Positions 27,267-36,391 of a stretch of 37,953 bases of DNA are shown here, piece by piece; the first letter of the stretch is position 1, and every line of letters begins with the position of its first letter. The stretch comes from a virus (taxonomy: Duplodnaviria; Caudoviricetes), in the IMG/VR virus record IMGVR_UViG_3300006123_000846, positions 1-37,953 of that record. One strand, given 5' to 3'. The position numbers and the translations under genes were made by a program. The notes under the pieces were generated by a model that worked only from the letters and a program-made list of their open reading frames with translations, made no database searches and had not been told where the DNA came from.

Positions 27267-27692
27267 TTATAGATACTGGGCCTGTATCTGTTTTTGAGTT
27301 AACTGTCTTTTAACTTTAACCTCTTGGTTGGTATTTACGATAGTATTCTTTTCCCAATTCAATATATATTTTGTTTGATCCAACAGGACTAAATTATAAC
27401 CTTCCTCGGTCAAAACCAAGCTTGCACAGGCTAAATCTTCACGGTCTAGCAAAGTTATAGTATACAGGATTCCAAGCCCTCTTGCAACATCACAATAGAC
27501 GTTGTCGCTCAAAAGAGTCCAAGGATCTGGCCAATCTTCGACATCGTCCCAATGCAAATGATATGCATGCCAAGGTGTAGATAACCACCAGTCGTTAATG
27601 GTTATCAGCGCAGAGCTTGGTGGTAATTGTTGGGCATGAGTTCTTAGTTGGTACCAAGCGTCAAGCCTGTCTGCAAATTCACTTGGCCACAT
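27267..27692 (-). CDS. Hypothetical phage protein
   Basis: 141 aa, Trp-rich (WPDPWTLL); start overlaps the upstream stop. Confidence 0.7.
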   Translation of the reverse strand: MWPSEFADRLDAWYQLRTHAQQLPPSSALITINDWWLSTPWHAYHLHWDDVEDWPDPWTLLSDNVYCDVARGLGILYTITLLDREDLACASLVLTEEGYNLVLLDQTKYILNWEKNTIVNTNQEVKVKRQLTQKQIQAQYL

Positions 27693-29314
27693 CAGGCAAG
27701 ATGATTGATAGAATAGGTCATTGTACCATTGATACCAGCATTGCTGGCAGTATATTGTAATGTGGCTGCAGTGGTATTGGCAGTTTGTAAAACCGCAAGT
27801 GTTACTCCGGTGCCAGGTGATCCTTGTGTGCTGATACCTTGATAATGTCCTGTATTTTCCACAAAATCTTCAGTGTAGGTCAAATCTGCCGGACCACTGT
27901 TGGTAGCCACCATCATGGTGCCTGTACGATAACTATTGCCTCTCAAGATAGTATAGTTCACACTAAAGGCACGAGTTACATCAGTGTTGATGGTAAAAAT
28001 AGTCACTGTGGAATTATTAATTATTTCAATGGTTTGACCAGTCTCAATTACGTATGTACCCAGGGCCAATTGTGCACCATTGGTCATAGCAATACTAGCA
28101 GTGTTGTTTAGATTTATTCTGACAAATGTTGTAGAATAAGCATCACTACGTTCAAACATGTCACCTATAGACACATTGTTGGCATTTTGTATGTCAATGA
28201 TTACTGTATAAGGATTTATAGTTCCTTGGAAATGATCGCCTACATCATAAAAAATATTGTATCCAGTAGCACATAGTGTTGCATAAGAGCCAAAAACAAT
28301 GCTTTCTGCATAGATATTATCAAATACGTTATTGTGTATCTTTACACCGGTCGGACTGCCACTCACAGGAGGTGCATTTGTTCCTAATAGTATACCCTTG
28401 TACAAGGTATCAAATTTGCTATTCACAACTGTAACGCCTTGTATCTGCTGATCAGTATTGATTCCCCAGATTGTGCCAGAAAATATACATCCATCAAACA
28501 CAATCTGTTCTGAAATCAGTGTGACTGTACTGGCAAATTGTATGCAACTGGTAGCGGGAGCATCAGTGGTCAAATTACTTTGAGTTCTTGGGCCAGCAAA
28601 ACTAACATTTTCAAAACGGCAATTGGTGGCATCTTGTATCATGAAGACCGAGGTTGCGGTGTCCTGCGAGTGAAATCCCATGTTGGAAATAGTTATGTAT
28701 TCTGGCGGGATAGCACCATTGCTGGCAATGTTAGCGCCTGTTTGTTGCAAACTGTCAGCAGTTTGTGCCACTAGTTGACCGGTAGCAGCATCCATGAGTA
28801 CGACACTGCCTTGAATACCCTCGCCGTACAGTGTGGCATAAGGAGGTATATTGATGGTATTCGTGACACGATATACTCCTGCTGGAAAGAACAACCCTCG
28901 TCTGATTTGAGGGTTAACTTCTCTACAGTACAATTGATACAGTGCACGATTAATAGCCGCAGTATCGTCGGTGACACCATCGCCTACTGCTCCGAAATCT
29001 TTGACTGATGCAAATTGATCCAACCAACTTTGTAGGCTTTGCGTAACTGGTGTTCCTGCTGTAGGACCTGTTTGAACCACATAACCTGCAGCAGCGCCTT
29101 TATAGGTGTAACTGCTATTGAGCGCTAGAATATCACTGAATTCGGTAAGAATTTCAGTATTACCTATTACAGGCGCACCTTGTTCCAGCGTGCCATTGCC
29201 AATGTAAAGCTGCCTAGTATCAGTGCTCCAGCCAAATTCTGCACCTGCCAACTGGGGCAAATCTTGTTGTAAACCTAAACGGTTGGTTATTTGACTAATC
29301 TGTACAATGGCCAC
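27692..29314 (-). CDS. Tail/baseplate protein with a pectate-lyase-like beta-helix
   Basis: N-terminal LPQLAGAEFGWSTDTRQLYIGNG (tropism-determinant-like anchor); SVKDFGAVGDGVTDDTAAI...FPAGVY. TAAATA at 29339-29344. Confidence 0.8.
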   Translation of the reverse strand: MAIVQISQITNRLGLQQDLPQLAGAEFGWSTDTRQLYIGNGTLEQGAPVIGNTEILTEFSDILALNSSYTYKGAAAGYVVQTGPTAGTPVTQSLQSWLDQFASVKDFGAVGDGVTDDTAAINRALYQLYCREVNPQIRRGLFFPAGVYRVTNTINIPPYATLYGEGIQGSVVLMDAATGQLVAQTADSLQQTGANIASNGAIPPEYITISNMGFHSQDTATSVFMIQDATNCRFENVSFAGPRTQSNLTTDAPATSCIQFASTVTLISEQIVFDGCIFSGTIWGINTDQQIQGVTVVNSKFDTLYKGILLGTNAPPVSGSPTGVKIHNNVFDNIYAESIVFGSYATLCATGYNIFYDVGDHFQGTINPYTVIIDIQNANNVSIGDMFERSDAYSTTFVRINLNNTASIAMTNGAQLALGTYVIETGQTIEIINNSTVTIFTINTDVTRAFSVNYTILRGNSYRTGTMMVATNSGPADLTYTEDFVENTGHYQGISTQGSPGTGVTLAVLQTANTTAATLQYTASNAGINGTMTYSINHLA

Positions 29315-29341
29315 GGTTTTGTCCTTGAATCTATTGTGTAT

Positions 29342-30037
29342 TTAGTTGGACAAATAGTATAGTTCTAAACGGCGCCACCACTGGTCAGACCAGTAGTCAA
29401 AATCTTTAGATTCCAATACAAATTCTTGATACACAGGAATTCCGTTGTCACCTGGTTTTACACACATTAATACTACGCCTTTGCGTATGTTAGTACCATA
29501 CACTTCGTTGTGTGCTAGTGCATATGCTGTTAGTTGTAGATAATAATCTTCAATCCACTCTTGCTTTTTAGGCCGGTTGGTTTGTTTGTAATCTAGTATG
29601 CTTTCTTCACCTAAGTGTATGCCCACACCATCTGTGGTTCCTGCATACAAACTAGGAAAATAAAGAGGTATTTCTACTCCCCATATTTCACTGACATTAC
29701 ACAATCCTTGATCAATCACACACTGTGCCATTTTGTGACTATCCCATCCGTAAGGATTTGATCCACGATCAGGCATAGCACCGTCTTTGATATAGCGTTC
29801 AAGATATGTATGCATACGTGTGCCACGATTAGCAGCTTCTGTTGTGATGGCCTGTGCACGATCCACACCTATACGCCGGCGCCACTCATTGAGAGCTTGT
29901 TTCTTTTCTTCTGGTTTTGTTTTGTCTAATACAGTAGTAACACTAGGGACTCGTTTCCCGTCGGGAGTAGCATATAATCGCTTGCCATCTACTGATTCTC
30001 TTGACAGTGAGTGATATTCAAATTTTTGTTTATACAA
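29342..30037 (-). CDS. PD-(D/E)XK exonuclease
   Basis: PSVTTVL, RGTRMH, E..L, YAGTTD, ILDYKQT and QLTAYALA motifs; likely TTG start at 30037. Confidence 0.85.
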   Translation of the reverse strand: MYKQKFEYHSLSRESVDGKRLYATPDGKRVPSVTTVLDKTKPEEKKQALNEWRRRIGVDRAQAITTEAANRGTRMHTYLERYIKDGAMPDRGSNPYGWDSHKMAQCVIDQGLCNVSEIWGVEIPLYFPSLYAGTTDGVGIHLGEESILDYKQTNRPKKQEWIEDYYLQLTAYALAHNEVYGTNIRKGVVLMCVKPGDNGIPVYQEFVLESKDFDYWSDQWWRRLELYYLSN

Positions 30038-30038
30038 A

Positions 30039-30359
30039 TTAAACTCTAAAGCTTTCTCCGCAACCGCAACGGTCACGTTCGTTGGGGTTATTAAATTCAA
30101 AACCTTCGTTAAGGCCTTGCCGGACGTAATCCACAGTCAATCCATTTAGGTAAACACTGCTTTTGGGATCTACAAATAGTCTGCAACCTTGACATTCTAT
30201 GCATTGGTCTTCAGGAGTTGGACAGTCAACATATTCTAGCACATAAGCCATGCCGCTACATCCGGTTGTACGAACGCCTAGACGAATACCTTCGCCATGC
30301 CCTCGACGTTGTATAACTTGTTTTACTTTGTTGGCAGCTCGCTCAGTTATTGTTATCAT
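30039..30359 (-). CDS. iscA: Fe-S cluster carrier IscA
   Basis: GCSGMAY, F.NPN and CGCGESF. Confidence 0.95.
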   Translation of the reverse strand: MITITERAANKVKQVIQRRGHGEGIRLGVRTTGCSGMAYVLEYVDCPTPEDQCIECQGCRLFVDPKSSVYLNGLTVDYVRQGLNEGFEFNNPNERDRCGCGESFRV

Positions 30360-30739
30360 TGTACCGTGTGTTTTTTACGATAGTCTTCTACTGCGGCTTT
30401 GATAGCGTCTTCGGCAAGGATGGAACAGTGGATTTTGACTGGAGGGAGAGCAAGCTCTTGAGCAATTTGGCTATTTGATATGGTTCTTGCTTCTTCAAGT
30501 GTTCGACCTTTAACCCACTCTGTGACGAGACTTGAGCTAGCAATGGCGGAACCACACCCGTATGTTTTGAATCTGGCATCTGTTATTACTCCGTCTTTGA
30601 CTTTGATCTGAAGCTTCATTACATCACCACATGCAGGTGCACCTACCATGCCTGTTCCTACGTCTGCATCGTCCTTAGAGAAAGAACCCACATTGCGTGG
30701 GTTCTCATAGTGGTCAATCAATTGAGCTGAATATGCCAT
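30356..30739 (-). CDS. iscU: Fe-S scaffold IscU
   Basis: [22 protein letters not shown] and LPPVKIHCS. Confidence 0.96.
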   Translation of the reverse strand: MAYSAQLIDHYENPRNVGSFSKDDADVGTGMVGAPACGDVMKLQIKVKDGVITDARFKTYGCGSAIASSSLVTEWVKGRTLEEARTISNSQIAQELALPPVKIHCSILAEDAIKAAVEDYRKKHTVQ

Positions 30740-30871
30740 TTATTGTACCACTTCTGTGTGTTTGTGTTTGAAACTTTTTTTAAGAAGTTTAAACCAGAAT
30801 TTTTTTGCTTTATCAAGCTTGTGCTGCATTTCAGCACGATTGAGTTTTAAGATTAATTTTTTAGTTTTCAT
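30740..30871 (-). CDS. 43-aa Lys-rich peptide
   Basis: Not in the track. MKTKKLILKLNRAEMQHKLDKAKKFWFKLLKKSFKHKHTEVVQ; abuts both neighbours. Confidence 0.55.
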   Translation of the reverse strand: MKTKKLILKLNRAEMQHKLDKAKKFWFKLLKKSFKHKHTEVVQ

Positions 30872-31194
30872 TAGTTAGGTACCGCCACTACTTTAGTAAT
30901 ACCAGTTTGTGGGTCAATCATTTGTTGCCAGTGGTATCCTACAGGAGGTGCCTGTACTACAGATTGTGATTGTTGTACAACAATACTAGGTTGTTGTTCA
31001 ACTACAACTGTTTCAGGACGGGCTAACTCGTAACCAACTACCCCGCCGATTAACGCAGGGGCTACCCAACATCCACCGCATCCGTAGCCGCCATGATAAT
31101 ATCCACCGTGCCAACCAAATGCACGATACGGACCATGTGCTGATGCTGAACCTATAACAGCTAATAAACTCAATGCTAATAGTAATTTTTTCAT
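30871..31194 (-). CDS. Secreted Gly/Tyr-rich protein
   Basis: Signal peptide MKKLLLALSLLAVIGSASA; GWHGGYYHGGYG and WVAPALIGGVVGY; AAGGAG RBS. Confidence 0.75.
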   Translation of the reverse strand: MKKLLLALSLLAVIGSASAHGPYRAFGWHGGYYHGGYGCGGCWVAPALIGGVVGYELARPETVVVEQQPSIVVQQSQSVVQAPPVGYHWQQMIDPQTGITKVVAVPN

Positions 31195-31235
31195 GACATT
31201 CTCCTTGGTTATAATAATATAACGCCTTAGGCAAG

Positions 31236-31269
31236 TATTTAGTATACTGCCTTTAGAAAAAAATGTCAA
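31236..31269 (-). promoter_or_regulatory. Overlapping sigma70 and late promoters for the iscU/iscA unit
   Basis: TTGACA-N17-TATACT (31269-31241) running into TAAATA (31241-31236). Confidence 0.65.
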
Positions 31270-31279
31270 GTTATTTGAG

Positions 31280-31633
31280 TTATTTCATGCCTCGGCGCAT
31301 GGCTTTTTTGGCATTTTGATCTACTATGTCTTGGGCTTGGTTCACGGACATGTCAGCAGTAGCCGGATCTTCGTTGCCTACAAATCTAACCACACCAGAA
31401 TTTGGATCCAATGGTTCCAAAATATTACTCAGCGGCTCTTGATTAATTAAATCTCCCAAGTTCTGTGCAGTAACATTAACTCCCATACTTTTGGCTATGT
31501 CAATAAATGCGTCTTGGCTGATTTCTTTTTTGGCGGATTCATCACCAGCACGCCCGCTCAAAAACATACTAATGGCCGCTAGTTTTTTTGCATTAGCGGC
31601 AGCAGGATTTTCTTCAACCTCAAAGATTTTCAT
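31280..31633 (-). CDS. Hypothetical protein, possible head-associated
   Basis: Starts MKIFEVEE. Confidence 0.7.
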   Translation of the reverse strand: MKIFEVEENPAAANAKKLAAISMFLSGRAGDESAKKEISQDAFIDIAKSMGVNVTAQNLGDLINQEPLSNILEPLDPNSGVVRFVGNEDPATADMSVNQAQDIVDQNAKKAMRRGMK

Positions 31634-32577
31634 TATCTACGACCACGACCTAGTGCAGCTGCAGCTGGACGTGCAGTAGGCTCCATGTCATCAATATCAG
31701 GCAATTCGTCAGCAGGATTCATTTCTGGAGGTGGTGCTTCACCGCCTATACCAGCATCCATACCGGCTTGGCCAGGTACCATTGGAGCTTGTCCAGTAAC
31801 CACTCCCAACGCTTGTTCTAGTTGTTGTTTGGCGCCTTGCAAATTTTGTAGCAATCCAGCCAAGGCCGCAGTAGCATCTGTGTTGAATTGCATGGCTTGA
31901 TCAACACCAACTTGATCTTTGATCTGTTGTACCAGTGCAGGCAAATCTTTGAATTGCATGCTGCTGATTTCTTCGCTCATTTTTTGCACTTGGTCAACCA
32001 TGTCTTGACTGGCCAACACAACCTGAGCTTGTTGAATTTCGCTTTCACGCAGTGTACGATACAAATTACGACGCAAACGATTTTCCATAGTTTGTTGCGG
32101 CATCATAGCCACAGAAGCTACCATTTGTTGTTCGTCTGGATTTAGATTTTGTCCTGCGGCTGCTTTTTTCATTGCAGCCTGTTGTTTGGGATCTTTGATT
32201 GATGCAATCTTTTTAGCAGCAGCGGCAGCCTGAGCGTTGGCCACTGTGGGATTCACTGGAGGCATGCCAGACGCTGACTGCGCCTGATTTTGGTTTGCTC
32301 CCGCAGTAGACCCCATAGATACCGTGGGCGTTTCACTCAGTTTGCTTTTCAAGCCCTGTTCCATCATGACCAATTTTAAATAGGCTGGATTGCGTTCACT
32401 GTGATGAAATTCAGGTTGACGACGATGTTCCGTTATTAATGATCTCACCCGACCCAGCATGTGACGAGCTTGAGAGTGTGTTAGTTGGTCAAAACCAACT
32501 TGGCCGCCAAAATAACTTTCCATTACTTTAGCGACTTGCTTTGTTTGTTGTGGCACGGCCAGTTCTTGCAGTTTCAT
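31633..32577 (-). CDS. Putative prohead core/internal head protein
   Basis: Starts MKLQEL; Gln/Ala-rich helical sequence with an acidic Pro-rich tail; TAAATA at 32601-32606. Confidence 0.55.
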   Translation of the reverse strand: MKLQELAVPQQTKQVAKVMESYFGGQVGFDQLTHSQARHMLGRVRSLITEHRRQPEFHHSERNPAYLKLVMMEQGLKSKLSETPTVSMGSTAGANQNQAQSASGMPPVNPTVANAQAAAAAKKIASIKDPKQQAAMKKAAAGQNLNPDEQQMVASVAMMPQQTMENRLRRNLYRTLRESEIQQAQVVLASQDMVDQVQKMSEEISSMQFKDLPALVQQIKDQVGVDQAMQFNTDATAALAGLLQNLQGAKQQLEQALGVVTGQAPMVPGQAGMDAGIGGEAPPPEMNPADELPDIDDMEPTARPAAAALGRGRR

Positions 32578-33025
32578 TTAAGAATCCTCGTTGTTGTCTA
32601 TATTTAGCCCAATTAACACATTTGGTAAGTTCTATTTCCAGGGCTTTTTTGTATATGATCTTGGTTTCTAATTTGGTACCAATATCTTCGCGAAATTGGG
32701 CTCGTTTGCTATGATCAGCAACTGCGGATCTCACAAAAATATCGTTTTTTAATAGCTCTAGTTTGCGGTCTATGGCCTGTAATTCACGAGCCAGATTGTA
32801 ATTGCCAAATTTATCTGCTATGCACCAACTGACTGCATTGCGAGTGGTAGAAAATTCTCCCATGCATTGCTCTCCGCAATACACCGTGTATCCTGGTTGC
32901 ATATATCTTATTTGATATCTACCAAACAGTTCATAGTCTCCGTTGTCATTTTGCCATAGAATATTGTTTTCTAGTGCGTGAAATTCTTTTAGAATAATAC
33001 GTTCAAAATCTTGATCTTTTATCAT
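32528..33025 (-). CDS. Hypothetical protein
   Basis: 165 aa; operonic overlap. Confidence 0.7.
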   Translation of the reverse strand: MIKDQDFERIILKEFHALENNILWQNDNGDYELFGRYQIRYMQPGYTVYCGEQCMGEFSTTRNAVSWCIADKFGNYNLARELQAIDRKLELLKNDIFVRSAVADHSKRAQFREDIGTKLETKIIYKKALEIELTKCVNWAKYRQQRGFLNETARTGRATTNKASR

Positions 33026-33285
33026 TTAAAAACATAATGTGTTAGCAGATAGCCTACAGTGGCAGTAAGAAATCCAATTACGCCTATGCCCCACCCTATC
33101 AGCTGATCTGTGCGTTTATCAGCCATTTTTTCAACCAGTGCATGCACTTCAACTATCATGGTTTTGAGACCAGAAAGCTTGTCTTCTAATACCGTTAGTT
33201 TTGTATCCAAAGCATTGTAACGCTCGGCACAAAGTTCTACGTGCGCTTCCAAACTTTTCTTTTCGATGTCGGTGGTTTCTAGCAT
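33022..33285 (-). CDS. Coiled-coil protein with a C-terminal TM helix
   Basis: EKKSLEAHVELCAERY, a heptad region, then GWGIGVIGFLTATVGYLL. Confidence 0.75.
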   Translation of the reverse strand: MLETTDIEKKSLEAHVELCAERYNALDTKLTVLEDKLSGLKTMIVEVHALVEKMADKRTDQLIGWGIGVIGFLTATVGYLLTHYVFK

Positions 33286-33300
33286 AATATTTTTCTCAGA

Positions 33301-33723
33301 TCAATTATTTATGGATATAGTGTCAAACCAAATGTTTTGCTCTGGCCCTGAAGTTATAATGATTGACGGTAAATCTCTTTGATTGTCTAGATACAAAATC
33401 ATTGGTACGCCTTCAGAATCAGACCTTAGTACCCGAGTAGGATCCAGCTGGTCTCCAAACACGCCTTCAGTTTCGGCGGCAAACTCAAATTGCCATGACT
33501 GATCAACACGCACAGGATCTGTCAAATCAAACAACTGTGTACGCATGGACAGAATCTGTGTGATTGTTTCCCAATTTCTCTGTTGATTTCTTGCACGATT
33601 CCATGCCACAGTGTCAGTGATCCAGGATCCTGTGCGATCCTGGAAAGGCATTCGCGCTGATTTTGCATGTCCTGTGACACCAGTGGCAGTGATATCAAAA
33701 AGTGTTCTACAGATAAATCGCAT
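33301..33723 (-). CDS. Hypothetical protein
   Basis: TLFDITATGV...RNQQRNWET..Q..S.R. Confidence 0.7.
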   Translation of the reverse strand: MRFICRTLFDITATGVTGHAKSARMPFQDRTGSWITDTVAWNRARNQQRNWETITQILSMRTQLFDLTDPVRVDQSWQFEFAAETEGVFGDQLDPTRVLRSDSEGVPMILYLDNQRDLPSIIITSGPEQNIWFDTISINN

Positions 33724-33734
33724 TGAAATTGCGA

Positions 33735-33983
33735 TCAACTTTTACTGAGCTGATAGATAACTTTTGCTTGTTCTAGTGCATCTTGTAAAGCAAGATTTGT
33801 TTTAGCAGCTCTGCGTATTTGTCCCCAGAGCTGATCTTCTTTTAATTGTTCTTGTATGTCTATGGCTCTAGGACTTTGACTATGCAACTGTCGTTGAGTG
33901 GAACCATGCTCTCTGACATAGACTGTTTCGCCACCATCTGGTGATTCGTATATAACTGCTTCAGTGATTTTGTTGACCATCAT
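33735..33983 (-). CDS. Hypothetical protein (IYESPDGGETVY family)
   Basis: Start MMVNK, 8 nt after TAAATA (33992-33997). Confidence 0.7.
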   Translation of the reverse strand: MMVNKITEAVIYESPDGGETVYVREHGSTQRQLHSQSPRAIDIQEQLKEDQLWGQIRRAAKTNLALQDALEQAKVIYQLSKS

Positions 33984-34005
33984 AATATGTGTATTTAACG
34001 TCAAC

Positions 34006-34033
34006 AAAAAACCCCAGGTTTTATTCTGGGGTT
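34006..34033 (-). terminator. Rho-independent terminator
   Basis: AACCCCAG-N8-CTGGGGTT followed by a T-run on the minus strand, just after ORF 34053..34469. Confidence 0.75.
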
Positions 34034-34052
34034 GTTTTAAATCAGTTAGTTA

Positions 34053-34469
34053 TTACTGAGTTGTGAATGATGCTGTAGCAGAAACGTTACCAGTTGAAAT
34101 ACCGATATTTAATCCACCTGTTGCATTGGCTTGCTGAGCTGCAGCAACCAAAGTTGTTGTGGTGTATGCTCCTGTGGGGAACAATGCAATGTTCAACACT
34201 TGTGGATTACCAGGACTAACTTGATACATAGCAACTGTAGATGTTTGCTGAATAGCTTGCAACACGTTAGACACGTAGCCATAAGCATTTCCTGCACCTG
34301 CTACACCCAAAGAACTGTTGGCAGTCAATGAGAAAAAGTCAAGTTTAGGACCTTGAAAATTGGTTACGCTTGCGTTAGCAAGATTTGCGCCTTGTGCAAC
34401 TGAACCGTTTAGTACGTCTGTTGCAAATACTGGTTGTACACCACCTGATACTGGGACAATATATGCCAT
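34053..34469 (-). CDS. Probable abundant virion structural protein
   Basis: Own TAAATA (34509-34514), 5' GAGA-loop hairpin, strong AAGGAG RBS and terminator; Ala/Thr/Asn-rich and nearly uncharged. Confidence 0.65.
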   Translation of the reverse strand: MAYIVPVSGGVQPVFATDVLNGSVAQGANLANASVTNFQGPKLDFFSLTANSSLGVAGAGNAYGYVSNVLQAIQQTSTVAMYQVSPGNPQVLNIALFPTGAYTTTTLVAAAQQANATGGLNIGISTGNVSATASFTTQ

Positions 34470-34537
34470 TTGAAAATCTCCTTAATATGTAGGCTCTCGC
34501 CTTACTTTTATTTATCTTTTGGAGATAAAATCAAGGG

Positions 34538-36391
34538 TTAGGCAATCAGTTCAGGATTGTTGAGTGCACGATTTCCAGCTGAAAATCCAAATCTATTGAC
34601 CAGTTTTGCACGGCCTGCAGGAGTTGCTAACACCCAACCTTCTTGTCCTGGTTGTTGACGATCTAGTTGTTGTAACAAATCGCTTTTGAGATCGTGCAAG
34701 CCTAAAAATGCAGTAAAAGCAGCACTGATGCCGTCAATGTTGCTTCTTGGACTTTGCAAGTATTCTACTATGTTGTTGAATTTTCTAGGTGTCACATTGG
34801 CCTTTAACCAGTCGCCAAATCCAGGCAATAGATTGTCAAAGTTCGTGGTAATTCTTGAATTAATATAACGTTTGCACAGTGCTGGTAGATCAGTTATGCC
34901 ATGACTGCGAAGATCTATTGGGCTGAACAATTGATCAATTGCTGGACCTTTTTCTCTCAGTAACTGTTTGAGTTCTGCAACCAACTTGGCGTTGGGCTTT
35001 ACGTTTTGTATTTCTTTTACATTGGGAGTTATCAACAACAGTCCAGGCACCGGGCGTAGTTTGACATCTCCCAATGGCTCAGCAGGACTTGTTGGGTCAG
35101 CAATCTTGGTGTGTATGGCCACACCTACTTCACTGTTGCCAATTTGTTGTCCAAGATTGCTCGTCGCAGGAATTTTATATTCAATAAAGTTGGGCCTGAA
35201 CACATATGCGCCTGCTATTTCTGGTGGAGTTTGTGTGTACAACAAATCACCTTGGATGTATCCTTGGAAGTTGGCAGGCACTGCGGCACTCAACAAAGGC
35301 CATAGTTTCACATAGATAGCAATTAGATCGCCACGTTCTCCACCACGCTGATTCATGATTTTAGCAATTTGTTCTGGGCTGGTGGCCAGGCCATCGTAAC
35401 CTTTGGCCAGGAATCCAGACTTGTCTGTGAGCACAAACTCGCCTGTGGGTTTACGACCAAATATGATAGCAGGCTTGCCGTCCCATTTTACAGTGGTAGT
35501 ACTAGCAGTATCTGCAGCTGCATCTGCTATGATTTGCAATGCTTCTCGAATGCCACGACTGCCTTTTTCAAACACCAGATCTTCAAGATGTTCAATACGT
35601 ACATCTTTGGCAGATTCTACTAGAGGGCGCATGCCTTGATTCACAATACGATCTCTTAATCTTGCCAAAAAGTTTGTGTCTGATTCGCCACGAGTTTCAA
35701 AAAATGGCACACCTTGATTGGCAAAATGTTCTCGGGCATCTGCTAGTTTGGCATCACGTTTGGGATCGTTAGCTAATGCTTGTATGATTGTTTCCACACT
35801 GTACAAATCATCTCGGGTAGCAGATTTGTTCAACAACAGTTTGGCCACTTTGTCAGGATCATCAGTGATCACTTGATTGGTAGCACGGTCAGCAATACCC
35901 GCAATTTGATTCAGTTTGTAGCCCATGCTTTTGGCCATGCTATTCATCAACACATTGCGATCAACGCCTTTGTACTCTGAATTGGCAGGAGCAGTCAGCA
36001 CAAACTTTGACCACGGTACGTTTTTTAAGAACATAAAGTCAGTCTGTACATAACCTTTGTTGGGATCACCTACTATGGGTGTTTTAAAATGCACCGCAGT
36101 ACCAGTTTTTCGTATGTAATCTTCGGGTTTGAATCCATGACTTTGTACCCACTGCGACAATCTGTGCACCAATTGTTCTTTGGTCACTAGATTGGCATTT
36201 ACTGCCACATCTAAATCCCCAGATGTGGGTTTGAGGCCTGTGCTGCCCAATGTGTTGTTTTGTAGATCCAGGCCTGGCAACATTTGATCTAGCCAGGCCA
36301 AGGTAGGTTTTACATCAGTTTGATTGATACGTTGTGTTAAGGCGCGGCCGTCGCCATCTTTGAATACATTACCGCCTTCGAATATATTCAT
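34538..36391 (-). CDS. Two-domain protein: Pol-beta-type nucleotidyltransferase plus ATP-dependent ligase-like domain
   Basis: N-domain LGSTG....SGDLDVAV...VQTDFM. C-domain HLED, TVKWDGKPA, IQGDLLY, QEGWV and AKLVNR. Confidence 0.65.
   Translation of the reverse strand: MNIFEGGNVFKDGDGRALTQRINQTDVKPTLAWLDQMLPGLDLQNNTLGSTGLKPTSGDLDVAVNANLVTKEQLVHRLSQWVQSHGFKPEDYIRKTGTAVHFKTPIVGDPNKGYVQTDFMFLKNVPWSKFVLTAPANSEYKGVDRNVLMNSMAKSMGYKLNQIAGIADRATNQVITDDPDKVAKLLLNKSATRDDLYSVETIIQALANDPKRDAKLADAREHFANQGVPFFETRGESDTNFLARLRDRIVNQGMRPLVESAKDVRIEHLEDLVFEKGSRGIREALQIIADAAADTASTTTVKWDGKPAIIFGRKPTGEFVLTDKSGFLAKGYDGLATSPEQIAKIMNQRGGERGDLIAIYVKLWPLLSAAVPANFQGYIQGDLLYTQTPPEIAGAYVFRPNFIEYKIPATSNLGQQIGNSEVGVAIHTKIADPTSPAEPLGDVKLRPVPGLLLITPNVKEIQNVKPNAKLVAELKQLLREKGPAIDQLFSPIDLRSHGITDLPALCKRYINSRITTNFDNLLPGFGDWLKANVTPRKFNNIVEYLQSPRSNIDGISAAFTAFLGLHDLKSDLLQQLDRQQPGQEGWVLATPAGRAKLVNRFGFSAGNRALNNPELIA

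Noticed and set aside
29342-30037. Cas4/CRISPR association for the PD-(D/E)XK nuclease beside iscA/iscU
   Set aside because: It lacks the four-Cys Fe-S motif of Cas4, and I saw no repeat-spacer array or other cas genes.
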